Below the pieces are notes generated by a model that was given only the letters and a program-made list of their open reading frames with translations, had not been told where the DNA came from and did no database searches. A program made the position numbers and the translations under genes. From a virus (taxonomy: Duplodnaviria; Caudoviricetes), in IMG/VR virus record IMGVR_UViG_3300049004_000016, positions 51,286 to 115,285 of that record: a DNA stretch of 64,000 bases, one strand, 5' to 3'. Shown piece after piece: positions 1 to 10,160 of the stretch; position 1 is the first letter of the stretch; each line of letters starts with the position of its first letter.

Positions 1-129
1 GTGTGAACTGGTGGTGTTCAGCAGTGACCGGCCGTCGCCGCTGTACCGAAACGCCGACCTGGTGGCCACCGGGTCGGTTGACTCCTGGCACTGGCCGACC
101 ATCACGTAAGCGAGAGGATTTCGGGGCAA

Positions 130-543
130 GTGGGGCAGGTAGCGACGTTCGCGTGTGCAGTGATCTTGTTTGTGCTGGCTGGGATGGCGGTGCTGGCGTG
201 GACCGACCCCGACCGCAAGCGCCGGCACCGACCTGGGGTCACGCTCGACACCGAGTACAACATCCGCCCGGTGGCCCAAATGCCACGGCAACCGGCCACC
301 CCGAGCCACGCCACCCAGGTGATCCGTAGCCGAGGGCTGCCAGCCGGGTACGACCCGCCGACCACCATGCTCCGTCCCGCGCCGCGCGGTTACGTCGCAT
401 CGGACGGCCGACCGGAACCGCTGACCCCACCGCGCGCACCGTCCGGGGTGTCCCGCCCCTACGTCGCGCCGGTGCCGTCCCAGGCGAGCCGGGTCCACGA
501 CCGGTTCCACTGCCCCGGCTGCATGTGCGGACACCGCACCTAA
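130..543 (+). CDS. hypothetical membrane-anchored protein
   Basis: N-terminal hydrophobic helix, Pro-rich body, C-terminal HCPGCMC. Confidence 0.5.
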   Translation: MGQVATFACAVILFVLAGMAVLAWTDPDRKRRHRPGVTLDTEYNIRPVAQMPRQPATPSHATQVIRSRGLPAGYDPPTTMLRPAPRGYVASDGRPEPLTPPRAPSGVSRPYVAPVPSQASRVHDRFHCPGCMCGHRT

Positions 544-606
544 CACGCCTGTCGCGGAATGCCACCGATCGGTCACACGTAGTCATTCGTGCCGTTCGTC
601 CCGTAA

Positions 607-1370
<764 letters not shown>

Positions 1371-1371
<1 letters not shown>

Positions 1372-2069
1372 TGGCCGGTAAGCACCGCGCACCGTCCCCG
1401 TTCCGACCTAAGGTGCCCCGGTTCGCTGTCGGTGCCGTCGCCGCGTCGGTGGCGTTGACCGCAGTGTCATCCACGGTGATGCCGATGGCGACCATGGAGC
1501 CGATACCGCAACCGACCGTCCCCGCACCCGCGCCGGTGCTGCTGTTGGAGATGCCACCGTGGACCACGTCGCTGGCCGCGCTGTACCTGCCCCACCTCGA
1601 CACCCCACCCGTGGTGCACCCAGTGACCCTGGCCGCTGACACCCATCCCACCGACGCGCCCCACCAGACCAAGCACCCCGAGCCGGTCACCGTCAAGGCC
1701 GCTGGTGTCGCTGGTGGGCTCGCCGCCCGCGCCATCACCGCAGCCATGGGCCAGCAAGGTGTCCCCTACGTCTACGGCGGCAACACACCCGGTGGTGGCC
1801 TGGACTGCTCATCGCTGGTCCAGTACGCCTACCGCACCGCCGGCATCACCCTGCCGCGCACCGCCGGTGCCCAAGCCTCGATGGGTCGCACCGTCAGCCT
1901 GGCCGACATCCAGCCCGGTGATCTCCTGTACTTCTACAGCCCGATCACGCACGTCGCGATGGCACTCGGAGGCGGCAAGATCATCGAAGCCAGCCAGCCC
2001 GGCCACCCCATCGCGGTCCGGTCGCTGTACACCAACGGCCTGGCACTGATCAAACGCCTCATCGGGTGA
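1371..2069 (+). CDS. secreted NlpC/P60 peptidoglycan endopeptidase
   Basis: GVPYVYGG...LDCSSLVQYAY...PGDLLYF...HVAM motifs; ATG 1371 overlaps the rpf stop (TGATG). Confidence 0.93.
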
Positions 2070-2074
2070 CAGCG

Positions 2075-2311
2075 TCAGAACGCCACCACCAGGCCGGTTT
2101 CCCTCCTGATGTCAGCCAGCGCCTTATGCCTGACCCGACCGCAGCTCTCACCGCCGGAGACGAAGGCGACTCGGCTGGGACTCCTGGGGTTGGTCACCCT
2201 GAAATGCCCGTTAGCTGTCAAGGTGTACTGCCCGCCAGCGTCGGTGATGGCTCTCGCCAACTTCCTGGAGTAGCTGTTCTGGAACTTCCGGCCTGCTCGA
2301 CGTTTGCCCAT
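2075..2311 (-). CDS. HicA-like small basic protein
   Basis: About 78 aa, basic, with a TANGHFRVTNP...ALADIRR pattern resembling HicA-fold proteins. Confidence 0.4.
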   Translation of the reverse strand: MGKRRAGRKFQNSYSRKLARAITDAGGQYTLTANGHFRVTNPRSPSRVAFVSGGESCGRVRHKALADIRRETGLVVAF

Positions 2312-2349
2312 GCACAGCATGATCCCACGAGAAACACAGGTCAGTAACA

Positions 2350-2562
2350 GTGACGAAGGAACAACACTGGGGTCTGCGTATCACTGATCGGCTCCTGCAC
2401 ACCAGCCACGTCATCGACTACGGACCCAACCAGGCCGACGCCGTCAACGACACCCACATCCCACGCCGCGACTTCATGTCCGTCGAGCTGATGGCACGCA
2501 CCGCGACCTACACAGAGTGGGAAACCGCCCCTTCCCAGGAGCGGCCACCACTCAACGGCTGA
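2350..2562 (+). CDS. hypothetical protein
   Basis: ORF with plausible composition filling an intergenic gap. Confidence 0.4.
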   Translation: MTKEQHWGLRITDRLLHTSHVIDYGPNQADAVNDTHIPRRDFMSVELMARTATYTEWETAPSQERPPLNG

Positions 2563-2644
2563 CCAACACCACCAGCGCCATCGCAACCATCACCAGCGGA
2601 ACCACACTGACCACCACAATCCTGTTCAACAACCTGCGTCCCAT
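2552..2644 (-). CDS. small membrane peptide (30 aa)
   Basis: AGGAGG SD upstream; MGRRLLNRIVVVSVVPLVMVAMALVVLVSR; not in the ORF track. Confidence 0.4.
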   Translation of the reverse strand: MGRRLLNRIVVVSVVPLVMVAMALVVLVSR

Positions 2645-2664
2645 GATCGTTTCCTCCTGGCCTG

Positions 2665-2973
2665 TCAGTTGGGGTAGCTGGTGAAGTTCACCGCGTTGGC
2701 CGGTGCGCCGGTCACGTCGCCACAAATCTTCTCGGTCGGCAAGCTGGCCTTGACCTCATCCCAGCACCCCAACCCACTCACCGGCCGGTGCTGCCCAATC
2801 GCGAACAAGTGCCCCACCGTGGCCACGATCCCGTCCCACAGTCCCCGCACCAGCTCCGTCGCGAAGCTCACCACCGCCGGACCGTAAGCCAAGATCAACG
2901 CCCCCGCGATGGTGGTCACAACCACAGGCAGTACGTAGGTGGTGGCGTTCCGGCGAATGGTGTTGGCGTTCAT
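2665..2973 (-). CDS. hypothetical membrane protein
   Basis: GGGAG SD, TM helix, downstream of promoter motif at 3021-3049. Confidence 0.6.
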   Translation of the reverse strand: MNANTIRRNATTYVLPVVVTTIAGALILAYGPAVVSFATELVRGLWDGIVATVGHLFAIGQHRPVSGLGCWDEVKASLPTEKICGDVTGAPANAVNFTSYPN

Positions 2974-3020
2974 GACTGGCTCCCTAGTTCGTGTCGGCCG
3001 GTGTTGGCCTCTCACTCCCT

Positions 3021-3049
3021 ATATCGCCCGCCCGACCTGCGGTGTTACA
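3021..3049 (-). promoter_or_regulatory. ECF-type promoter motif TGTAAC-N17-CGATAT (copy 1)
   Basis: One of 8 copies with identical 17-nt spacing; the -35 overlaps the TAA stop of ORF 3045..3347. Confidence 0.75.
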
Positions 3050-3347
3050 CATCCCCGAAAACGGTCCGGCCCGGTGACCGCAACGCCGCCAACCGCACCG
3101 CCAACGCGTGCTTCTCCACCCGCGTCAACGCATCCACCGGGTCCTCCAGAGACCCCCACACCACATCCCGCATCACCCGCTCCGCCCGCCACACATCCAC
3201 ACCCTGCACCAGCAACGACACCTCCAACCGCCCCAACATCCCCCGCGCCCACTTCACCTGGGTGTGAAACAACGGGTCACGCATATAAGCCTCACCCGCC
3301 CCAAACACCGTCACCAAGTACTCCTCGATCAACCTCTCCGCGATCAC
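3045..3347 (-). CDS. hypothetical protein
   Basis: GAGGAGG SD; helical-looking protein. Confidence 0.55.
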   Translation of the reverse strand: MIAERLIEEYLVTVFGAGEAYMRDPLFHTQVKWARGMLGRLEVSLLVQGVDVWRAERVMRDVVWGSLEDPVDALTRVEKHALAVRLAALRSPGRTVFGDV

Positions 3348-3412
3348 CCGAACCTCCTCGCGTCAACAGCACCGACACCACAGCTCACCACGGCATGACC
3401 AGGAGGTTCGCC

Positions 3413-4036
3413 ATGAGCACCACGCGCGTGAAAAACGGGCACCGGTTGTGCGCCGCGAAGGCCAAACACGGGCGTGGTTTGTGCGGTGGCTGGGCCCTCA
3501 AAGGGTCGGATTATTGCGATGACCATTTGATCAACCCCGAGGCTAGGAGGAGGGCTGCTGTGCGCGCTGAGTTGGAGCGGTGGGGTCTCGGTGACACCAC
3601 CATTGATCCTGGTGAGGTGCTGTTGCGCCTGGTCAGCCAGTCAGCGAACCGCGCGGAGTTCTTGTCGGGGTTGCTGGAGGAGCAGTACCGGCGTGTGGAG
3701 TCCGGTGAGTCGACTACGACGTTGCCGGCGCGCCTGTCGGTGTTCGTTGGTCGGACGTTCGCCCTGAACCGCAATGGTGAGCCGGTGCCGGTCGCGGAGG
3801 CGATCCGTGCCCTGGTGCAGCTTGAGGGTGAGGAGCGGGATCGGTGCGCGAACTTCGCCGCTAAGGCCGTGGCCGCTGGTTTGGCTGAGCGTCAGGTGCG
3901 TCTCGCCGAGCGGCAGGGGGAGATGATGGCTGAGGTCCTTCGGGCAGTGCTCGGCGATGAGGCGCTGGGTTTGTCTGAGGCGCAGGTCGCGATGGTGCCG
4001 GTGTTGCTGAGGGAGCACCTGGCGATCGCGTCTTGA
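3413..4036 (+). CDS. probable terminase small subunit (N-terminal C..C..C..H Zn motif)
   Basis: AGGAGG at 3401; LCAAKAKHGRGLC...YCDDH followed by a helical ERDRCANFAAKAVAAGLAERQVRLAE region typical of actinophage small-terminase-like proteins. Confidence 0.6.
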   Translation: MSTTRVKNGHRLCAAKAKHGRGLCGGWALKGSDYCDDHLINPEARRRAAVRAELERWGLGDTTIDPGEVLLRLVSQSANRAEFLSGLLEEQYRRVESGESTTTLPARLSVFVGRTFALNRNGEPVPVAEAIRALVQLEGEERDRCANFAAKAVAAGLAERQVRLAERQGEMMAEVLRAVLGDEALGLSEAQVAMVPVLLREHLAIAS

Positions 4037-4073
4037 TGGTTGCCCACCGGGGCTAGCCGTTAGAACGGGCCAC

Positions 4074-4340
4074 CTAGCTGCTGGTGGACAGTTGCACCGC
4101 ACCGTGGGTCTTGATCAGGTCGATCAGTTCCTTGGTCTGGTCGTACAACGGCCCGGACGCCGCCACGGCGAGGACACCACGCAAGAACGGCAGCATGGTC
4201 TTGTCGATGCTGATCCAGTCGGAGCTCAACGACCCGTCGTGGTTGAACACTTCACGGGCGATCACGTACTTGAGTTGGTCGCCGAGCCGGTTGCCTTCCG
4301 GGACGTTGGGCACTGGCCGCCAGTACAGGTTGGTGCTCAT
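4074..4340 (-). CDS. hypothetical protein
   Basis: GGGGAG SD, ATG 4340. Confidence 0.6.
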   Translation of the reverse strand: MSTNLYWRPVPNVPEGNRLGDQLKYVIAREVFNHDGSLSSDWISIDKTMLPFLRGVLAVAASGPLYDQTKELIDLIKTHGAVQLSTSS

Positions 4341-5006
4341 CGGTGGTTCTCCCCGGCCACGCACCTAGCGTTGGTGCACACCCCGGTGTCGGGCAGCGGT
4401 TGTCGGCACACGCAGCAGTCCACACCGAGTAGCCCCGGCAACCCCAGGGACGTCAGGTACCGGTGGCGTTCGGTCGCGTAGGAGTTGAGCCGCCGGGCGG
4501 TGCCAGCGGTGCCTTCGGTGCTGGTGTCGTTCACAGTGCCTGCCCCGTCTGCCGTCCGAATCCAACCCGGCGGTGCCGGCCAAGGTGGTCCAGGCCAACC
4601 CGTAGCGCACCGGGCTGCCCACCGGGGGACCAGTCGTTGGCGCCGCACAACGGCACCCGGCATGACCAGTACCAGGTGCCGGAGCTTGGGTCTTTGTACA
4701 CGGTCAGTGGCCGCACGGTGGTCGTTCCTCTTCCTGGCCGGTGCCGAAGTCCACGGGGCCCATGATGATGCTGTCGGGGTCCACGCCATACAACTCGGCG
4801 AGACGCCGCGTGCACAGTGTCATCAGCGCCGCCAGGTTGCGTTGCGCCCCGGCGTCAACGTTGACGGTGCACACGGTCTCACCGCCCCGGTCGTTCACCG
4901 ATGATGCACTCACAGCCACGGCAGTCCCAGATCAGCAGCCCACCGAACACCCACCGGATGTGGCCTAGCCACGGGTGCCCACAGGTGCAGTGGAGCGGTT
5001 GGCTGG

Positions 5007-5267
5007 TCATCGTTGACGCCCTGCTGGTCGTAGGCATATGTCGAGGATGGCGAACGAGTCGCGCCGGACTAGGACACCGTCGCCATCATCGTTGATAGCC
5101 ACCAGCGCCCACTGGTCACGGCCGACCAGACACGGCACCTTGACCCGGAATGCCTCTCTGGTGGCGTCGTCCGCGAACGTGGTTGTGATGTGGAAAGACC
5201 CGGAGAACCCCAGGTCAGCGAACGCCTTGGGCACCTCAATGGTCACGACAACCCGCTCCCCGTCCAC
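5007..5267 (-). CDS. hypothetical protein
   Basis: Member of a tightly packed reverse-strand run of small ORFs. Confidence 0.45.
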   Translation of the reverse strand: MDGERVVVTIEVPKAFADLGFSGSFHITTTFADDATREAFRVKVPCLVGRDQWALVAINDDGDGVLVRRDSFAILDICLRPAGRQR

Positions 5268-5536
5268 ACCCTGGGTAGCGGTTCCGGCCCGTCATAGCTC
5301 AGGCACGGGCACGGCACCCACTCATGACCGTTGCGGCTGCCGTTCGACCAGTAGTGGGGGCGCTCGATTTGCGCCGCGCACTTCTTCCCTTCCTCGTGGA
5401 TGCCATACCCGTGGGTGCAGGAACACACTGCGACCTCTGGGGTTACTGATGTCTGCGTCCTCCTGGTCTGACGGCCGGTGACCCATCCCGCTAGGGCTAG
5501 GGCGCCACCTACACCGAGGGTGATCGGATCGAACAT
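5243..5536 (-). CDS. membrane-anchored Cys/His-rich protein
   Basis: N-terminal TM; CSCTHGYGIH...C...CPC. Confidence 0.55.
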   Translation of the reverse strand: MFDPITLGVGGALALAGWVTGRQTRRTQTSVTPEVAVCSCTHGYGIHEEGKKCAAQIERPHYWSNGSRNGHEWVPCPCLSYDGPEPLPRVWTGSGLS

Positions 5537-5538
5537 GG

Positions 5539-5892
5539 TCAGCCCTTCCCCACCCGCTCAGCCAGCCGGGCAGCGAACTGGTCGAACGTCTCACCGTCGC
5601 TGTGCCGGTCATCATCGGTGACCACGATCCGCAGGAAGCTGGTTTCCTTGCCCGTGGTCCACCCGATGCCGTAGAACTGCTCCGCCAACACCAGCAGCAC
5701 ATCAGCCGTGCCCGGTGTGGCCTCGGTCGCTGGCACGTACCGGACACCATCGATGACCACCACCGGCCGCTTCACTGCCATGGCCGTTTCCTTCGCTCTA
5801 GCCAAGGTCGCGGCGTCGCGCTCAGCGTCGGCCTGTGGTTGCATGGCGCGGTCCAGGTCGCGTAACTCTTCCGGGACCTGATGGTCTGTCAC
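5539..5892 (-). CDS. hypothetical protein
   Basis: GGAGGG SD; abuts the next gene. Confidence 0.55.
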   Translation of the reverse strand: MTDHQVPEELRDLDRAMQPQADAERDAATLARAKETAMAVKRPVVVIDGVRYVPATEATPGTADVLLVLAEQFYGIGWTTGKETSFLRIVVTDDDRHSDGETFDQFAARLAERVGKG

Positions 5893-5918
5893 TGGTCAGC
5901 CCTCCGTTGGTTGGTGGC

Positions 5919-6092
5919 CTAGAACAGCGGTGCCTTGACGTACTCATTACCGTCGCGCACCAAACGGTCACGACTGGTCGCGATCCGCCCGTTGCGCCGC
6001 TCAAACGCCGCCAACGCAGCGACGGTCCCACCGGGGTCTTCCTCATAGTCCCTGGCAGGGTCGGTGGGGAGGAGGAAGTTAAGCAGTCTCAT
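5919..6092 (-). CDS. hypothetical protein
   Basis: AAGGAG SD before ATG 6092. Confidence 0.45.
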   Translation of the reverse strand: MRLLNFLLPTDPARDYEEDPGGTVAALAAFERRNGRIATSRDRLVRDGNEYVKAPLF

Positions 6093-6297
6093 GATCGAAG
6101 TCTCCTTAGAATAGTGGTGTCTTCTCATCCGGGGGTGCGAAGACGCCCGGTCAAGGTGAGGGGGCTGCGGCCATCTTTTGTTTCCACCCCTGGGGCGGAG
6201 GGGCGGCACGACTGATTCCCGCTACATTCGGGCTCTCCGCAGTACCCGCAACTGGAATTGGAATTGCTGCCCCCGGATGGCGTAAACGGCCACATGG

Positions 6298-6597
6298 TCA
6301 TTCCCTTCCTTCGGTTTGGGTTCGTAGTTCCTGACAACGTGCCTGGTCATGGACCCTGACAACGATGTTGCAGACCCCGTCCTCAACGTCACCGGATACG
6401 ACCTCCACCCACCGCTTCCACGTATCAGCCGGGTCGCCATCACGGGTGGATTCCAGGACCACGATCCGGGTACCGCAGCACTCACACTGCTGGTGGAGGC
6501 CGTCTGACCACGACCCCCACACCAGCAGTGACCGGCCGCGCGCGTCTGCCCCCGCCCATCTGTCTTGGAGGAACTGCCACGCGGCTGCGGTGATCAT
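6298..6597 (-). CDS. hypothetical protein with CxxC motif
   Basis: Start/stop overlap with neighbouring ORFs. Confidence 0.5.
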   Translation of the reverse strand: MITAAAWQFLQDRWAGADARGRSLLVWGSWSDGLHQQCECCGTRIVVLESTRDGDPADTWKRWVEVVSGDVEDGVCNIVVRVHDQARCQELRTQTEGRE

Positions 6598-6935
6598 TAG
6601 TCCTTCATCAAGTCCGCGTCGGACGTCCTGGACATCAAATCGTGGACGCCTTCCAGGGCTGCCCGGTTTTCGTCGGTCACCACGATTTCCTGCTCATCTG
6701 CCATTGCCTTCTCCTTTCCTGTCATCCATCTCTGGGCCTGCTCACACCGGGTGCACCGGTTGCAGGTGTCTATGCCGGTCGGTTCGTTCTCCAGGTGGTC
6801 ATCGATGGTGATGAACGACCCGCACACGGTCCGTCCCACCTCGGTGTTCTCCTGGTTACGTGGCCGGTGCCGGTCGTCACGGAGTAGGTGGCTGGTCAGC
6901 CATCGTTGCTTCTTCACCCACCGCCCGCCCATCAC
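6597..6935 (-). CDS. hypothetical protein (H...CG...CxxC)
   Basis: Translationally coupled to neighbours. Confidence 0.45.
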   Translation of the reverse strand: MMGGRWVKKQRWLTSHLLRDDRHRPRNQENTEVGRTVCGSFITIDDHLENEPTGIDTCNRCTRCEQAQRWMTGKEKAMADEQEIVVTDENRAALEGVHDLMSRTSDADLMKD

Positions 6936-7120
6936 CGGCCGCCGGATTCTGGTCGCGGGTGGACACGGTCAACGGACACCAGGCACGGCTCGAACTGGAT
7001 CTCCACCAGCGGGTTGGTCGGTGTCGAGACCTTGGTGACGGTGGCGAACCCGAAAGGCGCGGTGTCGTCGTAGCGGTCTTCCGAGATCCACACCCGGTCG
7101 CCGGGCTTGAGCTGGCTCAT
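6932..7120 (-). CDS. small SH3/KOW-like hypothetical protein
   Basis: LKPGDRVWI motif; ATGA overlap with upstream gene. Confidence 0.5.
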   Translation of the reverse strand: MSQLKPGDRVWISEDRYDDTAPFGFATVTKVSTPTNPLVEIQFEPCLVSVDRVHPRPESGGR

Positions 7121-7353
7121 GATCGGTTGCCGATCGACTGGACCAGCTTGACGTGGCTGACGCTCATACCGACGCGCCTGGCTACAGCGGTAGGCCCGTC
7201 GTCGGCTAGCAGCTTGAGGATCGCAGCGTCGCGTATGCGGTGTGCCTCGGTCCGCTTCTCGGCGATCTGTTCGTCGTACTGCTTGACTGCGGCCACCAGC
7301 TCCGCTGGATCGTCCAGTTCCCTGATCTTGTCAAGGGTCCACGGTGCGGTCAT
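7117..7353 (-). CDS. small HTH DNA-binding protein
   Basis: RDAAILKLL..GPTAVARRVGMSVSHVK HTH pattern. Confidence 0.7.
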   Translation of the reverse strand: MTAPWTLDKIRELDDPAELVAAVKQYDEQIAEKRTEAHRIRDAAILKLLADDGPTAVARRVGMSVSHVKLVQSIGNRS

Positions 7354-7503
7354 CCGCTAACCATATACCCGATAGTCGGCTAACTCAACAACCGCCAGTG
7401 AGCTGGGCAAACGCCTCTTACCGGTGCCGGTCTCCCACGGGCCGGTGACCGCACGACGTAACGTGCACGCCGACACCGTCCATGCCCAACTTTGGAGGCC
7501 ACA

Positions 7504-7659
7504 ATGCCTGGACTGATCATCGGACTGCTGATCCTGTGGGCGATCGTCGCGATCATCGGTTTCGCGATCAAGGCCCTGCTGTGGCTGGCCATCGTCGGCT
7601 TGGTCTTCTTCGCCGTGACCATGATCGCCGGACTGATCGCCCACGCACGGAAGCGGTAA
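7504..7659 (+). CDS. small two-TM membrane protein (51 aa)
   Basis: GGAGG SD; MPGLIIGLLILWAIVAIIGFAIKALLWLAIVGLVFFAVTMIAGLIAHARKR; not in the ORF track. Confidence 0.7.
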   Translation: MPGLIIGLLILWAIVAIIGFAIKALLWLAIVGLVFFAVTMIAGLIAHARKR

Positions 7660-7679
7660 CCCCGAGGAGTTGAGCGCGC

Positions 7680-8291
7680 ATGCCAGCACCACCAACACTG
7701 GAGATCACCTACTACCCGGTGACCGATCTCCGCCCGTACTACCGCAACGCCCACAAGGGCAACACCGGCCGCATCCGTGGATCGTTGCGTGACCACCGCC
7801 AGTACAAAACGATCACCGTCAATAAAGGAACCCACACCGGGCGCCCCAACGAGGTCCTGTGCGGCAACCACACCCTGGACGCCGCCGCCGCTGAGGGCTG
7901 GCCGACGCTGGGCGCGGTCACCATCGACGTCAGTGACGACGAAGCCGCCCAGATCAACCTGATCGACAACCCCCGCGCCGGCAACCCCCAGGACCTCGAC
8001 TACGACGAACGCCTGCTGCTGGAGTTGCTGACCGGGCTGCCCAGTTTGGACGGCACCGGGTATGACCCCCACGACATCGCGAACCTGGCCGCGCTGCTCG
8101 ACGAACCAGCGTGGGGCACCGGTGGTGGCGGGTCCGGTGGTGACCACGGTGAACCGGACGACACCCAGTTCTGGCCCCAGATCAAAATGCGTGTCCCCCC
8201 GGTGGTGTTCGACCAGTGGCGGACCCTGATCGACGGCTACGACGGCAAAGACGACATCGAGAAGCTGACCGCGATGCTGGCCGACCGGTGA
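7680..8291 (+). CDS. ParB/Srx-like N-terminal domain protein
   Basis: LRPYYRNAH...VLCGNHTLDAA...INLIDN ParB-N motifs; coupled to the dpdA-like gene. Confidence 0.85.
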   Translation: MPAPPTLEITYYPVTDLRPYYRNAHKGNTGRIRGSLRDHRQYKTITVNKGTHTGRPNEVLCGNHTLDAAAAEGWPTLGAVTIDVSDDEAAQINLIDNPRAGNPQDLDYDERLLLELLTGLPSLDGTGYDPHDIANLAALLDEPAWGTGGGGSGGDHGEPDDTQFWPQIKMRVPPVVFDQWRTLIDGYDGKDDIEKLTAMLADR

Positions 8292-9361
8292 CGACACCCG
8301 TCCTGCCGGTGATGAACATGCTGTGGTCCTACGTCTACGCCCGCAAGACCACACACCTGGACACGTTCCTCGGTGGGTTAGCGCCGCAACGGATGCGCGT
8401 GTTCGCTGACTCCGGTGCCCACTCCGCCCGCACCCTCGGTTTGCACCTCGACATTGACGACTACGGGCAGTGGCTGACCAAATGGCATGAGTGGTTCACG
8501 ATCTACTGCAACCTCGACGTCATCGGTGGCCCCGAAGGCACCTGGCGTAACCAAATGCACCTGGAGCAACGCTTCAACCTCCACCCCATGCCGGTATTCC
8601 ACACCGGTGAGGACTTCGACGTCTTGGAGCGCTACATCGACGCCGGGTACACCTACATCGCACTCGGGAAGCTGCTGGGCAACAGCGTCAAGGCCCTGCA
8701 ACCGTGGCTGGCGAAAGCGTTCCGGGTCGCTGACGGGCGCGCGGTGTTCCACGGGTTCGGGATGACGGTGTGGCGGCTGCTGCTGGAGTTCCCGTTCTAC
8801 TCCGTGGACTCCAGCTCCTGGGGTGCCGGCGTCAGGTACGGCAACATGCGGTTGTTCCACCGTGGCCGCTGGGTCCACATCCGGTTGCGTGACCTCGATG
8901 ACGTCAAAGCCAACCGTGGTGTCCTCGACGCCTACCAGATCCCTTACCGGTCGTTGACTGGTGACGGGTATGACCGGGACATGGTCGCCGGTGCCTGTGC
9001 TGCCGCTATGTACCGCGCGGCGCGGTGGGTCGCGGACGTCCACGGGCATGTGGAGCTGCCACCCGGTAAGGGGTACCCGCCACCGAACCAGACGGAGAAG
9101 GTCCTGCCGGCCCAGGGTGACCCCGGTTTGCACACCTACCTCGCCGACACCGCCACCAAGGGCCACCAGCTCAACGCCGCCGGTGCTACGGGGTTCCACA
9201 CCTACCTCGCGGACACGCTGGCGATCGGGCATCAGCGCAACGCCCTGGGCGCTACGGGGTTCCACACGTATTTGGCGACGACTGGGGTGGTGGAGCACAC
9301 CAGGCATTCCAGTGGGATGCCCCGCGCGGCCGACCCTGATGAGGTGGTGGCCCCGTGCTGA
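8288..9361 (+). CDS. dpdA: DpdA-like DNA 7-deazaguanine transglycosylase (TGT-fold)
   Basis: FADSGAHS, NLDVIG, PVFH, FHGFG, SVDSSSW motifs; adjacent queD/queE/folE. Confidence 0.75.
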   Translation: MTTPVLPVMNMLWSYVYARKTTHLDTFLGGLAPQRMRVFADSGAHSARTLGLHLDIDDYGQWLTKWHEWFTIYCNLDVIGGPEGTWRNQMHLEQRFNLHPMPVFHTGEDFDVLERYIDAGYTYIALGKLLGNSVKALQPWLAKAFRVADGRAVFHGFGMTVWRLLLEFPFYSVDSSSWGAGVRYGNMRLFHRGRWVHIRLRDLDDVKANRGVLDAYQIPYRSLTGDGYDRDMVAGACAAAMYRAARWVADVHGHVELPPGKGYPPPNQTEKVLPAQGDPGLHTYLADTATKGHQLNAAGATGFHTYLADTLAIGHQRNALGATGFHTYLATTGVVEHTRHSSGMPRAADPDEVVAPC

Positions 9362-9750
9362 TCCGCACTATCACGGTGGGACCTTTCCGGGTGTATTTCG
9401 GCAACGTCAACGTCCCGATGGGCATCCGGGGCCATTACCACACCGCTGACGTGTCGCTGGTGTATTCGGTGGGCCCATCCCGCCACGGGTACCCCTCGTT
9501 CAAAACCACGAACGACGCCATCCGTGACCAGTTGCAGAAGCTGACCAAAGGCATATTCCGGGACGCCACCAACGAGGACGTCGCTGACCGTTTATTCCAT
9601 GCGTTCGATGGGTGGGTGGCACCGGAATGGGAACCGTGGGGTGGTGACTACAAACTGGCCGCTGTCCACCTCGACGTGATGGGTGTGTTGGATGACATCG
9701 GCCATGACGATTCCACCACCAGGTACACCACGGCGAGAGGCCCCGAGTGA
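9355..9750 (+). CDS. divergent QueD-like T-fold protein (candidate CDG decarboxylase, DpdL-like)
   Basis: GHYHT and ATNEDVA resemble the QueD HGH and PTxENxA motifs but lack the CxxxHGH Cys. Confidence 0.55.
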   Translation: MLIRTITVGPFRVYFGNVNVPMGIRGHYHTADVSLVYSVGPSRHGYPSFKTTNDAIRDQLQKLTKGIFRDATNEDVADRLFHAFDGWVAPEWEPWGGDYKLAAVHLDVMGVLDDIGHDDSTTRYTTARGPE

Positions 9751-10160
9751 GCGCGTTCATAGCGGTACGGCACAACATTGAGGTAGCACACCGGCTGCAC
9801 CGGCTACCAGGGAAGTGCGAGAACATCCACGGCCACTCGATGTGGGTCCAGTTGGAGCTCACCGGGCAGCTCGATCACCGTGGCCTGCTCGATGGCCTGG
9901 ACTTCGGTGCGGTCAAACGCGAATACCGCAAGCACCTGGACACCAAGTACGACCACCGGCTGCTGCTGGATGTGGATGACCCGCTGACCTCGGTGGGTGC
10001 GGTGAAGCTACCGGGGTTGCGGCCCACGGCCGGGCAGCCGACCACGGAGAACATCGCCCGGTGGGTCGGTGAGTGGGCGGTGGAGAACTTCCCGTCCGCT
10101 ACCGGTGGCACGGTCACGGTCCATGAGACCCACGTCAACCAGGCCGGGTGGTTGTGGTGA
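9747..10160 (+). CDS. queD: 6-carboxytetrahydropterin synthase QueD
   Basis: AHRL...KCENIHGHS...DFG...DH...PTTENIA...ET. Confidence 0.93.
   Translation: MSAFIAVRHNIEVAHRLHRLPGKCENIHGHSMWVQLELTGQLDHRGLLDGLDFGAVKREYRKHLDTKYDHRLLLDVDDPLTSVGAVKLPGLRPTAGQPTTENIARWVGEWAVENFPSATGGTVTVHETHVNQAGWLW

Noticed and set aside
2939-3412. N-terminal 158 aa of ORF 2939..4036 (and similarly 993..1370)
   Set aside because: Pro/Thr-rich shadow of genes in other frames or strands. The true starts are 3413 (AGGAGG) and 1371 (stop/start overlap).
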